A DNA stretch of 64,000 bases from Parasitella parasitica NRRL 2501 (Eukaryota > Fungi > Mucoromycota): contig MU619394.1 of the NCBI GenBank assembly GCA_025201805.1, positions 1-64,000 of the forward strand, written 5' to 3'. Below the pieces are notes generated by a model, which was given only the letters and a program-made list of their open reading frames with translations, had not been told where the DNA came from and did no database searches. How positions within the stretch are numbered: the stretch's first letter is position 1; each line of letters begins with the position of its first letter. This document shows, piece by piece, positions 40,308 to 53,559 of the stretch. The position numbers and the translations under genes are program-made.

Positions 40308-41300
40308 TACTTGTTTTTGTGTTTGAGATCGTTAAACATTGTTCTCTTACAGTTTTTGTCTTTTTTCTGACAATAGCACCCTGAAGTTTGCGTAGACCAA
40401 AAAAAAAAAAAAAGAAAAAACGGGCGCCCAAAATCTACGCTGTATGAATGGGTGGTGATTTACCCTGGTGGCAGATTGTTTCATTTTCTCCGGCATTTTC
40501 TTATACCCTCAGTTGATCTGGCATCTTCTAGTCTAGAAGGTCTTGTCAGACAAGTCCCAAGCTGGGTTCTGTATATCCAGTTGCACAATAGAACAGCTAG
40601 TCAAACCTGTGTCATCTTTTCCATAACGCTGGAATGTTTCAAAAGTGTATGTCTTTGTGAAGCCAAAAAATTATCTGTGTAGAAATTTAGGACATAAATG
40701 TGTTCATCTCGACCTTGCCCATTCCTCCTCGAACGGTTTCAAAGACCGTTTAAAGCAGCAATAGTCTTCAAGTTGTAAAAAATTCATGGATTGTGTTTAT
40801 CAAAGCACGATTAACTTAACTTCGTCAATGACAATCGTTCATGTTGTACTTTTTCTTTCTTTCAAGTTTCATAATAGCTTCCAACCTCCAATTTTTACCA
40901 GAAAGCTTATTGCATATATGGTTGTACTGAGGAGATTGTTAATTCACTAATCGTCTCCAAATGTTAATGAAGGCACAAAATCTCTATAGTTGAGAAATCG
41001 CTTCCGCTACAACAACGATTACACAAGAAAATAAAAATCAATAAAGCTGGAATTATACTGATAATGTATCCAGGTACAACCTCCTGGGATCAAATTTTAA
41101 CTTGATATAGATTTCTAATAACGTTAGTCTTGTAATATTCGTTAGCAGACAGGTTGATGCAGAAAGTTCACTGAAAGGTCAACATCAACACGAGCCTTCG
41201 TGACCGCTGCTACATCCCAACCCATCCCCCCGCACAAACGTGTTTCAAAAAAGATCAGTTTATACTTGATTCTTTTTACTTTTAAAGTATATTACAAAAT

Positions 41301-41638
41301 ATGGCGGTGGCACCTAATACACCTAGATTTGTCTTACTAGGATGGTAAGAATTTACAAATGAGACAATTAAGCCAAACACTCATTTTTGTTACATGTGTA
41401 GGACAACCGTTGCTGTTTGTAAGATTTGATACTCATAATTTAATATTAAACTAATCTAAACTGTGTATAATTGTATGCAGCTGCTTTAGTTGCTTACACA
41501 GTTGGTAAAGAATACACACTAACCCGTCTAAAAAATTATACCAAAGACAACTCTGTCACTTCGAGTGGAGGTCATGAGATTCAAGAAGCACCCAAGGAAG
41601 GCGAGCCTTTACGTCGTTCTGTTAACAGAAGACTCTGA
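41301..41638 (+). CDS. 72-aa single-TM microprotein (DUF4748-like), 3 exons; absent from the ORF track
   Basis: Exons 41301-41344, 41402-41418 and 41481-41638 give MAVAPNTPRFVLLGWTTVAVSALVAYTVGKEYTLTRLKNY...RRL*; both introns are canonical GT-AG. Confidence 0.8.
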
Positions 41639-42073
41639 ATAATAAAATTGACAGAAAATTACCTATTTATAGCATAAATTTACTCCTGCATCTACACAAT
41701 AATGTAGTTTTTTGCCTGCAACATTTCATCGGTCGACTGGATATTAGACATACTGATACATGAGCAAGAACATCCGTTGAAACAATCATGCAAATAATTG
41801 TAATTACATACATTTACGCTAAATGAGCCAGGTCTTTCTTCTTTTTTAAATCAAAAACGTGGTATCACATTTCGTATAACCCGTCTAAAAAATAGCTTCT
41901 AAAATATTTTGTCTCCTCAATCCAACATATATAAAGAAGTCTACCACACCTTCATCCCCTATCATTATAGACAAAGATTTCTATTTAAAAAAAAGACAAG
42001 CAGCATTTTTCATTTATCCTCTTTTTCCTGTTCTTCTTCATATTCTCCCTTGTTACGTCGTTCTTATTTCAAC

Positions 42074-43288
42074 ATGTGGAAAAAGATAATACTGTTAATA
42101 TCAACCTCTGTCGCTTTAGTCTCATCTGTACCAGCATCCAATGCGAAACCAATTCATTTGCAGTTACAAAACACTAAACACGCATTATCACTCGGGAAAA
42201 GATCATTGCGACACAGCGAAATACCGCTTATCAACGACCTTGATCTTGGTGAAGTAGCCGTAAAAGTTCAAATCGGCACGCCGGCTCAAGAATTCCTGCT
42301 ACTATTTGATACAGGCAGTTCTGATACTTGGGTTCCTTCGCAACAATGTACCACCAAAACTGGATGTCCAGATTTTCTTAAACACTATGACAGTAAAGCT
42401 TCCAGCAGCTATCGTGCATTAGACAATGACAAATTGAGCATCGCTTATGGCATTGGCAGCGCTGATGGCCATTACTTTGAAGACGTTGTGTCATTTGGAG
42501 GTGATTACACTAACAAGAAGCAAATCTTGGCATCTGTCGATGAAGCTGTCGGATCCATCTCGCATCAAGATAAATCAAGTGATGTAGATCATGTGTTCTT
42601 GGACGGCATATTTGGTGCAGGATTACCTGGAGGCACAGTGCGTGCTTTACAAGGTGGAGAAGAATATGATCCATTAATCGTTGCATTGTATAAATCCAAA
42701 ACTATCCCTAATCCAGTCTTCTCTGTATATATTGCACAAGATGATGCAGAAGGCAATGTTATTTTAGGTGATGTCCATCCTGGCTATGACTTCATTTACA
42801 CGCCTGCTATAGGAGCTCGATGGTCTGCTCAAATCACTGAATTCCAGCTCCAAGCATCAAAGAACACTACAAACTTTAAATTTAGTCAAAAGACATTGTT
42901 TGGCATTGACACGGGATCTAATTTTATGTATCTTCCTGTCCCTTTGGCTACAGGTTTAGCTAAAAGTATTACCCAAGAAAAAAATTTAATACAAGAAAAA
43001 TCAGGCGTCTACGTTGTGGATTGCCAGCTCCAGGATAGCTTGGACTTTGTCAACATCTTTTTCCCTTCAAGTGATTTTCCTGGAAAAAGTATTTATATCT
43101 CAATACCTGTCAAGGAACTAGTATCCAAACGTGAAGAAGATGGTCAGTGCTTATTGCTTTTCATACCTTCAAGTGACAAGTTCATCTTGGGAAATATGTT
43201 CCTTCGACACTTTATTACAGTCTTTGACTTTGGCGGTAAGGCTCCCCGGATCGGATTTGCTCCTGTGAAGCATCAAGTGAATTCTTGA
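42074..43288 (+). CDS. Secreted pepsin-family (A1) aspartic protease, intronless
   Basis: Signal peptide MWKKIILLISTSVALV; two catalytic motifs LFDTGSSD and IDTGS; flap YGIG; ILGNMFLR...FD...IGFA. Confidence 0.95.
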   Translation: MWKKIILLISTSVALVSSVPASNAKPIHLQLQNTKHALSLGKRSLRHSEIPLINDLDLGEVAVKVQIGTPAQEFLLLFDTGSSDTWVPSQQCTTKTGCPDFLKHYDSKASSSYRALDNDKLSIAYGIGSADGHYFEDVVSFGGDYTNKKQILASVDEAVGSISHQDKSSDVDHVFLDGIFGAGLPGGTVRALQGGEEYDPLIVALYKSKTIPNPVFSVYIAQDDAEGNVILGDVHPGYDFIYTPAIGARWSAQITEFQLQASKNTTNFKFSQKTLFGIDTGSNFMYLPVPLATGLAKSITQEKNLIQEKSGVYVVDCQLQDSLDFVNIFFPSSDFPGKSIYISIPVKELVSKREEDGQCLLLFIPSSDKFILGNMFLRHFITVFDFGGKAPRIGFAPVKHQVNS

Positions 43289-43368
43289 ACGAATATGTAA
43301 TAATAATATAGGAGAGGTCAAAATAAAACTGCTCATCATTCTTATACATTTTTATTTAACTGTTTTTT

Positions 43369-44526
43369 TTAAGGATTAATAAAAGGACTTTGTGAGGCAT
43401 TAGTATTTACTGGAGTGGTAAAAGTAGTATTATCATTATTAGTTGAGGAAGAGGCAGATGCGCTATTTTCGTTTATCATAACTACAGGTACTTGCTCTTT
43501 AGCTTTGAGTCGTATAGCTTCAAGTAACGAGTCTATTAAAACATTGTTATGAGTAGAAGGCTCACTGATTAACATGCGCTGAGCTTGTTGGGCTAAAGTA
43601 CTATTAAGCATGGAAGAAGATTGAGATAGCAATGTATTGATGCTTTCAATTTCAGCTTGAAGTTGATCTCTTCTCGTAGAAAGAGCCCTACAAAACTTTG
43701 CTGGTTCCAATAATAGCATACTTGTCAATGCAGCTGTCGTCGATGCAGTTGTTGTGCTAATATTATCCGTGGATAACGACGATGAAGAAGAAAACGCGGC
43801 TGACAATAATTCAGTTAAACTGCCTACGCTACATGGGTCTTTTCTGTTGCATTGTTCTTGCTCGTCTTCTTCTTGTTGAATCAGCGAAGTCATAAAAGAT
43901 CGAAGATTTGGCAATGATTCAGTAGTAGGCGGTAATGTTGAATTATGGATGGGTGATAGTTGGAATGAAGACCGACGTCTTTCTGTTGGTAAAGCAGGGA
44001 TATCAAGCGGTTGCGTAGCTTCCACGGAAACCGTAGAAGACATACTATGGTTACTATGGGCACTATGGTTGCTATGGCTGCTATCTCTTCTAGTAAACGG
44101 ATCATAATGTTGATCTTGATAGGCAAAACTGAAAGATGGTCTTTGATTAGTTGAAAAAGAAGATGGTAATGGCTGATTTTCTTGTTGCGTATATTTTTTT
44201 GCCATGTGAACTCTTTTACGTCTATGAATAACCGTTCTTTTCATTGAAAGAGGACGATGCACGTTATGTAATTTATAATAAAGCCCACAAGCATTACATA
44301 TATTGTTGCCCTCATCATCACGTCTCCATAATGGAGTGGTTGTTGTATCGCAATTGAAGCATCTTGTATTTTTATTTATCTTACAATCTTGACAATCTTC
44401 GTTGGGATGATGGTGGTGATGATTGTTTTGGTTGGAGGATACTGACGGGTGCTGTTGTTGTGGTTGTGATCTAAGCCAATGTTGTTGTGATGAAGAAGAA
44501 GGATTTTGATTAGCTGCATTAAACAT
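43369..44526 (-). CDS. GATA-type zinc-finger transcription factor (single finger)
   Basis: [50 protein letters not shown]. Confidence 0.95.
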   Translation of the reverse strand: MFNAANQNPSSSSQQHWLRSQPQQQHPSVSSNQNNHHHHHPNEDCQDCKINKNTRCFNCDTTTTPLWRRDDEGNNICNACGLYYKLHNVHRPLSMKRTVIHRRKRVHMAKKYTQQENQPLPSSFSTNQRPSFSFAYQDQHYDPFTRRDSSHSNHSAHSNHSMSSTVSVEATQPLDIPALPTERRRSSFQLSPIHNSTLPPTTESLPNLRSFMTSLIQQEEDEQEQCNRKDPCSVGSLTELLSAAFSSSSSLSTDNISTTTASTTAALTSMLLLEPAKFCRALSTRRDQLQAEIESINTLLSQSSSMLNSTLAQQAQRMLISEPSTHNNVLIDSLLEAIRLKAKEQVPVVMINENSASASSSTNNDNTTFTTPVNTNASQSPFINP

Positions 44527-45076
44527 TTCTTCGAGTAATTATTAGAGCAAAAGAGAGGGAGGGAAATAGGTATATAAACAAATGGTAATATAATCAACAG
44601 GTTTTCGTACCTTTTAATTTTTGTATTTCCCAAATACAGAGTTGGAGATAAGATACGAAATTTTTAATGACCTTTATAATTCGTTGACAGATAACAAATT
44701 GATATCCCAGCTTAAATAGGGCATAGTTGTAGGTAGCGTCTTGTGAAATATATACATGTTCCTTGATCTACCCTTTCATCAGATCAATATTTATAGTACA
44801 TGCACCAAATAAGTTTTCTCAGTCATATATATCTCGCAAAATACATACTCCCATTGTTTGTATCTATTTCTTTTATTTTAGGTAATATCAAGTGCTACCT
44901 TGTTGTGTTTATATGTATTTCAGAGAGATAATCTACCGTGGGATTTTATTTACTATTTGAAGCCGCTTAAAAATATACAACGAGGACGGTTAAAATGCTT
45001 TACCATCGATGAAAGATAAGAAGAAAATGCGAAACACATTAGGTTTCCTCTTTTTTTCACTGCAACCCACAACATT

Positions 45077-46833
45077 ATGTTATTTACTAGCAGGATTATT
45101 GCGCTAGCAGCATGCTTTTTTATTGCTTCTAATCCTGTCAACAGTTTGAAATACTCACCTCAAGTTGCATTACAAAATGCTCGTTACGAAAGTCAAGGAT
45201 TTCGTATTTTAAGCAGTGAAAAAATCGACAATTATTCTGTTAGAATAAAGCAGCCAAAATCTTGTGAACCTGGAGTTCAGGTAAATAAAAATGATGTTTT
45301 GGCTTAGTTATTATCCTAAACTCGATTTTTAACTTAAATATATAATAGTATTCTGGGTATATTGACAAGCATGATACCAATGACCATTTCTTTTTTTACT
45401 TTTTCGAGTCAAGAACTGATCCTGAAAACGACCCTACTGTGCTTTGGCTGAATGGTGGTCCTGGATGCTCCTCGATGATGGGGTTATGGATGGAATTAGG
45501 GTAATATTTGTCTCAAGGGAATATGCACTACATAAACTAACGATGTTGCATGTGATAGACCTTGTCAAGTAAATGAGTTTGGCAATGATACCAACAGAAA
45601 CGCTTACAGCTGGAATACTGCCGCCAACGTTGTATTTTTAGACCAGGTATAAGAAAGACACTCCATATTTATAGTGAATATTATTTAATACATCAAAAAA
45701 ATAGCCTGTGAATGTAGGTTACAGTTATGGTGATACCAAAGTTCGAAGCACTGAGGAATCCGCTCGGGATGTTTATGCATTTTTACAACTTTTTTTTGCC
45801 GAATATTCCCAATATGCCAATAATCCTTTCCATATTTCGGGTGAATCCTACGGTGGCCATTACTTGCCTGCCATTTCTACTGAAATCATTCGCAACAACA
45901 AGATTGCCAGAGAGAAGAACTTATTAGAAATCAACTACCAGTCGTTATTGATTGGTAATGGATGGACTGATCCTCGCACACAATTCAAAGAATATGCTAC
46001 TTATGGCTGTTCCAATGACAGTAGTCCTTACAAGCCTTTGTTTGATCAAAAGACCTGCGATAAGATGACGAACTCTTATTCCCATTGCCGTAAATTGCTA
46101 GATGCTTGCTATAAAATGCCAAACGCTATAACTTGTGTACCCGCCAATTTCTACTGTGAGAAATCGCAAACTGGTGCGTTTGATGAGACTGGTTTGAATC
46201 CCTATGATATCCGTAAAAAGTGCGAGGGAGATTCTGGATTATGTTACGACCTGATCGAATCTATTGAAGTGTATGCCAATAGAGAAGATGTTAGATCAGC
46301 ATTAGGTGTGGATGAAAAGGCAGGAAAATATGCAGGATGTAGTGATTCAGTTGGGTACAGGTTTTATCAAACTGGTGATGGGTAACTATATACAATTTGA
46401 TGTAATTCCTTGTATATAATGAATTTACGAAAATATACGTATATTAGTTCAAAAGATTATAGCGGACATGTTGCGGAGACGCTGGAAGCTGGTGTCCGTG
46501 TTCTGCTTTATGTAGGCGATATGGATTGGATTTGTAACTGGGTTGGTAACTTGGCTTGGAGTTTGGATATGGAGTGGTCTGGAAAACAAGGATATAATAA
46601 TGCTCCAAAAGAAAAGTGGTATAGCGATTTCACTGGTACTCAAGCTGGTGATGTTCGCGAATTCAGCAATTTGACCTTTTTGAGAATCTTTAATGCTGGA
46701 CACATGGTAAAAAAAAAGCTATCCCTAAAAAAAATCTTATTAACATAGAACACTATAGGTTCCTTACGATCAGCCGGAAAATGCATTGGATTTCTTTGAC
46801 AAATGGCTCAATAACATTTCTTTAATAAATTAA
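45077..46833 (+). CDS. Serine carboxypeptidase S10 (CPY-like), multi-exon
   Basis: Signal peptide; [26 protein letters not shown] (catalytic Ser), [18 protein letters not shown]. Confidence 0.95.
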
Positions 46834-47449
46834 ACGAATCCGTGTTGTTATTGGTTTGTTCACCATCATCTTTGAAACGTTTTAGGTATTGTGAACTGAA
46901 AAGCAACACTCTAGTGTATATTAGCGTAATTAAACATTACTTTTGAAAGCAATTTAGATTACAACTATTTTTTTCAATCGTTATTAAATGAAAATGAAAA
47001 CTGTTTTTGCTCATAACTTTTGAAAGGCACATCGCCCAGTAGAAAGCAAGTTATGCTCAGATAGCTCTGATCATTCCTGTTTAATTAGGCTTAATTCAGC
47101 CTTCTTTTTGCTGTGTATTAAAAAGTAAATGCTTTTACGGTATTCGTGGTTTTCAACTGATAAAAGTTATACCTATCGATTTTATTTTATTTTTCATTTA
47201 TAGAAATACTTTTATTAGATAGCACTGGTTATATCAAAGTTATCTCGTAGATCTCTTATTCAAGGTCTCATTCTCCTTAGTACTGGTATCTAAGGTAAAT
47301 CATGGATAATCCTGATTTGCAACATTCCACAATAGTAAAGTTCTGTATGTTCTAGTTCACATTATGCTACCACCATCATAATGACATTGTGCATTATTGC
47401 ATTTATAGGGTGTATGCGTAAAAAAGTGTACTTCTTTGGCAGATTTACT

Positions 47450-48050
47450 TTATACTGAAATTTGGCAGAACAGTGCTATATTTACCAAGTTAGATCTTGG
47501 TCCTATGGTTTACTTGACAGAAGTTATGATGACCAAATGTCTATTAATGTCTGTTAATTATGAAAAAATATAAGCTGTTGTTGTACATAATTTGTTCTTC
47601 ATCTACAGCAGCAGCTATTGTTGAATACCTAATTCCATCAGCACAATTCAGGCTTGATATTTCTGTTAAGGCTATTGATAATAAGTTACAGCTGGACGAT
47701 TCAATATGATTTTTCGCTCCTGTCTAGTAAAAAAAGATGAAATAATGATTTTTTTTTATATTTCACATGCTGCGATTATTACATACAAAATGATTGATAT
47801 TCGAAAAGGAAGGCGCGTTCATTATTAGAAGGAGTAATAGGAGCCTTGTGCCTACACTTATATACAAAGTCTTGAAGAGTGTTTCGGATGGAACGAAGCA
47901 AATATCTTTCTTGATAATTTGCAGCAACGGATATTTTTCCAAAGTCAAAGTCTTCTAATTCATCCATGTTTTTGCAATTTAGAGCCAAACGAAGGATACG
48001 CAAAGAATTTGAAAAATTTTGGTGGCAATTAATGCATCAGAACCATTGTT
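47450..48050 (-). pseudogene. Decayed copy of the REase-like hypothetical family
   Basis: Fragments PSNNERAFLFEY and LNCADGIRY echo the NER and DAI blocks of the 23.5-25.5 kb gene. Boundaries approximate. Confidence 0.35.
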
Positions 48051-48545
48051 TACTGAAATAGCAAAATCCTTGAAAACGAAAGGTGTACAGTGGCAACAAT
48101 ATTCAAGGAAACAAAAAGCAAGGAAAGACAAAAGATAATAATTGGTGGTGAAAGCGTTTTTCATAGCCGATTACTACAGGTGGTGTACAACAGTTACTAA
48201 TGCCCACTTTGACCATAATCCAAACAGAGATATTGTTATGCTTCCTGAATTCCTTTACAGTTGCAGAAAGCGGGTTGTAAGGATTGATATGAATTTAAAA
48301 GCTGTTTTTTGTACATAACTTTACTAGAAATATTACGACAATATGTTTTGTTCATGATGAAACAAATCAAAATTTGGGTTGTCAAAGTCTATTTTTTAAC
48401 TTTTAAAACATATTAAGAGATCTATAATATACGCTCTACGACAATTACCACAAGATTGAGGGTCATCCTCCGATCCTACAGAATTAATAATGCCATCTAA
48501 TTTTTTTTTCATTAGATATTTCTTTTCTCTGTTTTCTCCAAAATA

Positions 48546-50216
48546 ATGGCTGCCGAGGATATTGTGAATATATATGGTGATAACAAAAGAGATCCAACAA
48601 AATTCATCAGCAAGCACTCGGGCGCTTTTTATAATGGCCATAAAGTCATAAATGATCCTATCCATGTATGTGTGGAATAATATCCCCCCTATAATATATT
48701 TGCATGCTAATAATTGTATCTGTTACAGGGACATATCACCTTGGATGATTATACAGTAAATTTCATCGATACACCTCAGTTTCAAAGATTGAGAGACCTC
48801 AAACAAGTAGGCAGCAATACTTTTTGTTTATTTTGCGATCTAACCATGTATTCCACAATTAAAGCTTGGTGTCCTTTACTTTATTTTTCCAGGAGCAAGT
48901 CATAATCGATTTGAACATTCTGTTGGTAATTGTTAAACACACTGATAGTGTAGACTATTATTGTGAATCTGATGAGTTTCTGTGATAGGTGTATCCCACT
49001 TATCTGGCACCCTTGTTGAGAGATTCGCGAGAGAACAACCAGAATTGGGCATATCCCAAGATGAAATTAAATGTGTCAAATTAGCTGGGTAAAGATTTTT
49101 TTGTATTTGGATGTAACAGCAGAATTAACATGGTTGCATAATAGATTATGTCATGATTTAGGTCATGGACCTTTTAGTCATGTTTTTGACAATTCATTTA
49201 TGCCTCATGCTAGACCCGGTCTGGAATGGTCTCATGAGCAAGCCTCCGAAATGATGTTGGAGTATCTTGTTGACGATAACAACATTGACTTGGAAAAAAC
49301 AGACATGGACTTTATTAAGGATCTAATTGCTGGAGAATCTAGATCAGCCAACAAATATTCGGAACGTAAATTTTTGTTTGATATTGTTGCCAACAAGAAA
49401 AACAGCGTTGATGTGGACAAGTTTGATTATATTGAGAGAGACACTTACAATATGGGACTTCGTAGTTCTTATGATGCCAAACGTCCTTTGGTATATAGCC
49501 GAGTGGTCAATAATGAAATATGTTACCATCACAAAGAAGTTTACAACATGTACGAAATGTTCCATACACGATACAGCTTGTTTAAGCAGATTTACAACCA
49601 TCGTGTGGGTAAATGTATCGAATTGATGATTGTAGACACTTTATTATTAGCAGACAAGTACTTGAAGATTTCTGATAGTGTGGACAAACCAGAAGATTAT
49701 TTGTATTTGACGGACGATGTCCTTCGCACCATTGAAAGATCCAAATGTCCTGAATTGCAAGAAGCTCGAAAAATCATTCACAACATTCGAACCCGTAAGC
49801 TATACAAATTTGTAGACGAATTTTTAATTCCTCCTGAGAAGGAATCTTATTTGAACAAAAACACCGTAACGTCCCAGGAGATCGTCAATTACCAAGCCGA
49901 TAATGCTGGCCTGGTCCCAGAGGATGTTATTGTCCAGTTTTCCAAGATTAATTATGCCATGAATGAAAAAAATCCTGTCGACTCGATCCGATTTTTTTCT
50001 AAGTTTAATGACCAAGGTACAGCATAGCTTGCGTGTGTTAGTATGTACATATTACTAATCTCTGCTTCAGAATCATTTAAGATTCCTCAAGAAAAAGTTT
50101 CGTACATGATTCCTACCAAGTTTCAGGATATAAACATTCGGATTTTCACAAGAAATCCCAGCAAAACTCATGCAATTCAAAAGGCTTTCCGTAGATATCT
50201 TGAAAAGATCAAATAA
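48546..50216 (+). CDS. SAMHD1-like HD-domain dNTP triphosphohydrolase (no SAM domain)
   Basis: VINDPIHGHI, IDTPQFQRLRDLKQLG, FPGASHNRFEHSVG, LCHDLGHGPFSH, WSHEQAS, VDVDKFDYIERD, FHTRYSLFKQIYNH. Confidence 0.93.
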
Positions 50217-50610
50217 TATAATATACACTCTTATATATTTAACTAATTACATTTAAAGTATCTATAATTTGACACTACATAAGAACTTTGAATGTATACA
50301 TACCGGTAGATGCTCAATTTTTAATTGCTACATTGACCTAAGTTTTACAAGTGCGGGCCAAAGGAAAAGAGAAATCAAAACAGACAATTAACAGTTCTTA
50401 CGATTTTAAACACTTAGTTGTGCAAAACGGTATATTTAAGTAGATTGAATTATGCATGCTATAATAATACCAAGTAATACATAAAAAGGGTAGTAAAAAG
50501 GGGGATATGTTTATAAATAAAGGTATGTATATAAAGTGGTTGAATCGAGAAAGAAATTGGCTTGAGGGAATACATAAAAGACTATTTTTTTTTATACAAT
50601 TAGTATTTTT

Positions 50611-50946
50611 CTAGAGGTGAATCATGTCATTTTGATCAAAGTTTTCAACAGCTGATTTCATATAAGCCTCAGCATCTGACGGATTAAAGCTTTTTCGTTT
50701 ACTAGAGACGGTGGTAGGTCCATTCTGTGATAGTAACATTTGAATCCAACCTTTGGCTAATTTGAATACTTTAGACGAGCCTTTGATTTTCGAATATCTC
50801 AGAGCAACAATCTGCAAAGGGGTTCCATCATCATTGTATTTTGAAGAAGGCACAGAGAATAAATCAATGGATAGCATGGCATATCCATCAGGGTCCTCGG
50901 TTGTGTCTGTTTCTGTAGTTGACTCTACTTGCGAGTTCTGTTGCTC

Positions 50947-50994
<48 letters not shown>

Positions 50995-53559
50995 TTGTTG
51001 TTGTTGTTGCTGTGTTAATTTCCCCATAGACAACAAGTCGTAGCTACTGTTCATTACCATGGCGGATGAAGCTGTGGAGAGTATTGATTGACTAGAGCTG
51101 AATGGGGCTGATAGTCTGTGCACCTGACGGCTCCACCACCCATTGTTCATAGAACTATGGGTTGAGCTGTTGCTTATAAATGACGTGGATTGTCTTTTAT
51201 GCAAATCAGATAATCGGTCATTAGAGGTAAACATTTTTGAACGAAAGAGAGGATGTTGCGTGGTTAGAGGTGGTACTTGTTTATACTGCTGCTGCTGCTG
51301 CTGTTCTTGTTCATGGTCTTGGTCCTGGTCCTGCTGTGGCTGGGCAACCAGAACACTGTTGGATTTCTTGTAGTTTCTTAACGTCAGCAAACAAACCAGT
51401 TGTGAGGCACTAGTTTGATAAAATGTAATGCCGAGTATCTCACAAACCATGCGAACAATTTTGATCATTTCAGACTGATTGGTTTTGGCCTGTTCGAGGT
51501 CAGACTCTTGTTGCTGCTGCATCTGCTGCTGCTGAAGAGTAAGATCAGGTATTGTGTTGGAGAAAAACACCATAGAAAACCGGTGTGAGAGTCTTCTAGT
51601 CTGTCGAGTACGTCTATTTTCTGTGAACGTGGACGAAGATGAAAACCCAGAAACTACAGTCGTCGATGAGCCTGAGCGAATATTGCATTGGATCGAGAAG
51701 TAGCTTATGTGGTCTTTAGCTACTCTCTGGTATAATTGTGAGATGTTTAAGGCGGAGGCAGCTTTTCGGAGAGGTCTAGGCTGCTGATCTGATATCCTCA
51801 TCTGTTCCTGATTCATATTTGTTGTGTAGGATTCTGTGCGTTTGAATTTGCGTAGTAGATGGTTTATTGGTGATTTGATATCCGTAAAACTGACATTGTG
51901 TATCTGATGAAGCCGTACTTGTTTCAAAGTGACTAGTAGATTTTGGTTCAAATCCATTACAACTTGATTTTGCGTGTCTAGCTGGATAGGGTTGTGCGAA
52001 GAATGGGGTATTGGCCCAGTGAAGTAGGTTGCTGGATTCGTCAAGTGGTAAATGACAGTTTTGGGCACTTTTCTGCCCCTTTTTTTTTCGTCCTGAAGAT
52101 ATTGTTTACATTGGCGTTTAGTATTTTGAACACTTGATTGGATTTGGCTGCTATCTCTTGACTTTGCAGACACAGCGTAAGATTCGGTTACATCATGCGC
52201 ACTGTAGGGTGGGTTGAATTGACGTTGCTTAAACACATCATCCAGTTCGCCGTAGTTGTTGAACCATGGATCTTGGCTCAGGAACGTTTTTAAGCTGAGC
52301 CGGTCAAATCTATCTATCGAAAGACACTTTTGTATTGTCTGCTGTAATTCGGTGCTTAAGTGGGAGGGGAATTTATAGTTGCGATTGACGATAAACTGTT
52401 TCAACTCGGATGGTGCTATTATATATACTGTTAGTTTTTCATTAGAAGGCTAAAATTGCTTGGATGTATCTTACTTTTAGCATGTGAAAATAGCTCTAGA
52501 CCGGCTGTCATTCTAAACAGCATGATACCCAAACACCATGAATCCACTTCTGGCCCAACATATGGTCTAGCGGTGATTATTTCAGGGCTGTAATAGAGCA
52601 TGGATCCACAGACTGTCTTTAGTCTTTGTAATCCAAATCGGTTCCCTAATCCAAAATCTGCAATTTTCACTTGATGATCTCTAGTCAACAGAATATTTGG
52701 AGTCTATAGAGGTGGGGGGCGAGAAGATGTATGTTTAATTAGGCACACATGCTTGTACACTATTTGATGCATCACATTAATTTACCTTTAAATCTCGGTG
52801 AACTACCCATTTGGAGTGGCAGTGGTCTATTGCGGTTACCACCTGACGAAATATATCACGCGCTTCGTCCTCTGGTATGATGCTTTTGTCGACTTTTTTC
52901 AGGTATTCTTCCAGATTGTAGCCTGGGACATATTCCATAACCAGATACAATGCATCTGCCGTCTCGTATGTCTCGTATAGCTGCACAATATTCTCATGGT
53001 CTAATACTTCCATCAAAGCAACTTCGCGAACAAGCCTCGACATGACTCTGTATATGTGTGCTCTTTTGTTGATTACCTATGTAAAATCATGCATATTACC
53101 ATAATTAGAAAACGCAACTGAAAACAAATGTATAAATATATATTAAGTGCATACCTTGATGGCTACTTTGGCTCCTGTCGAGTAATGATGTGCTAGCATG
53201 ACTTTGCTGAATTTGCCGTCGCCAAGTCGAGAATCAAAAACGTAATCGCCAATACCGTGTAATAAGCTGTCTGAATTGAACGGTACCTCTTTAGCATGCC
53301 TTTTATTTTTAGTGGCGTTTGAAGGAGAAGAAGAAGGAGCACCGGCAGCACCAGCAGCACCGGTAGTAGCACCAGTTGTAGTAGTAGTTGTGGTGGTGGC
53401 AGTAGCTGTACTAGTAGAATTAGAGGGCTGGGGGTGGCTACTAGATGGTGGTGGTAGTGGTGGCGTTGGTTTTATTTGTGCATGTTCTTCATCTTTCATT
53501 TCAATAGTAGTCGAGCGATTTTTCCACTTGTTTGAGCGGAATGGGTTAATGACAAACAT
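50611..53559 (-). CDS. Ser/Thr protein kinase, CAMK group (MARK/Kin1/AMPK-related)
   Basis: LGDGKFSKV, VAIK, HRDLK, IADFG, CGSMLYYSPE, DSWCLG; long low-complexity C-terminus. Confidence 0.92.
50939..51013 (-). repeat. CAG/CAA trinucleotide repeat encoding polyQ in the kinase
   Basis: tgctgctgc.../tgttgttgt on the + strand; about 22 consecutive Q. Confidence 0.95.
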
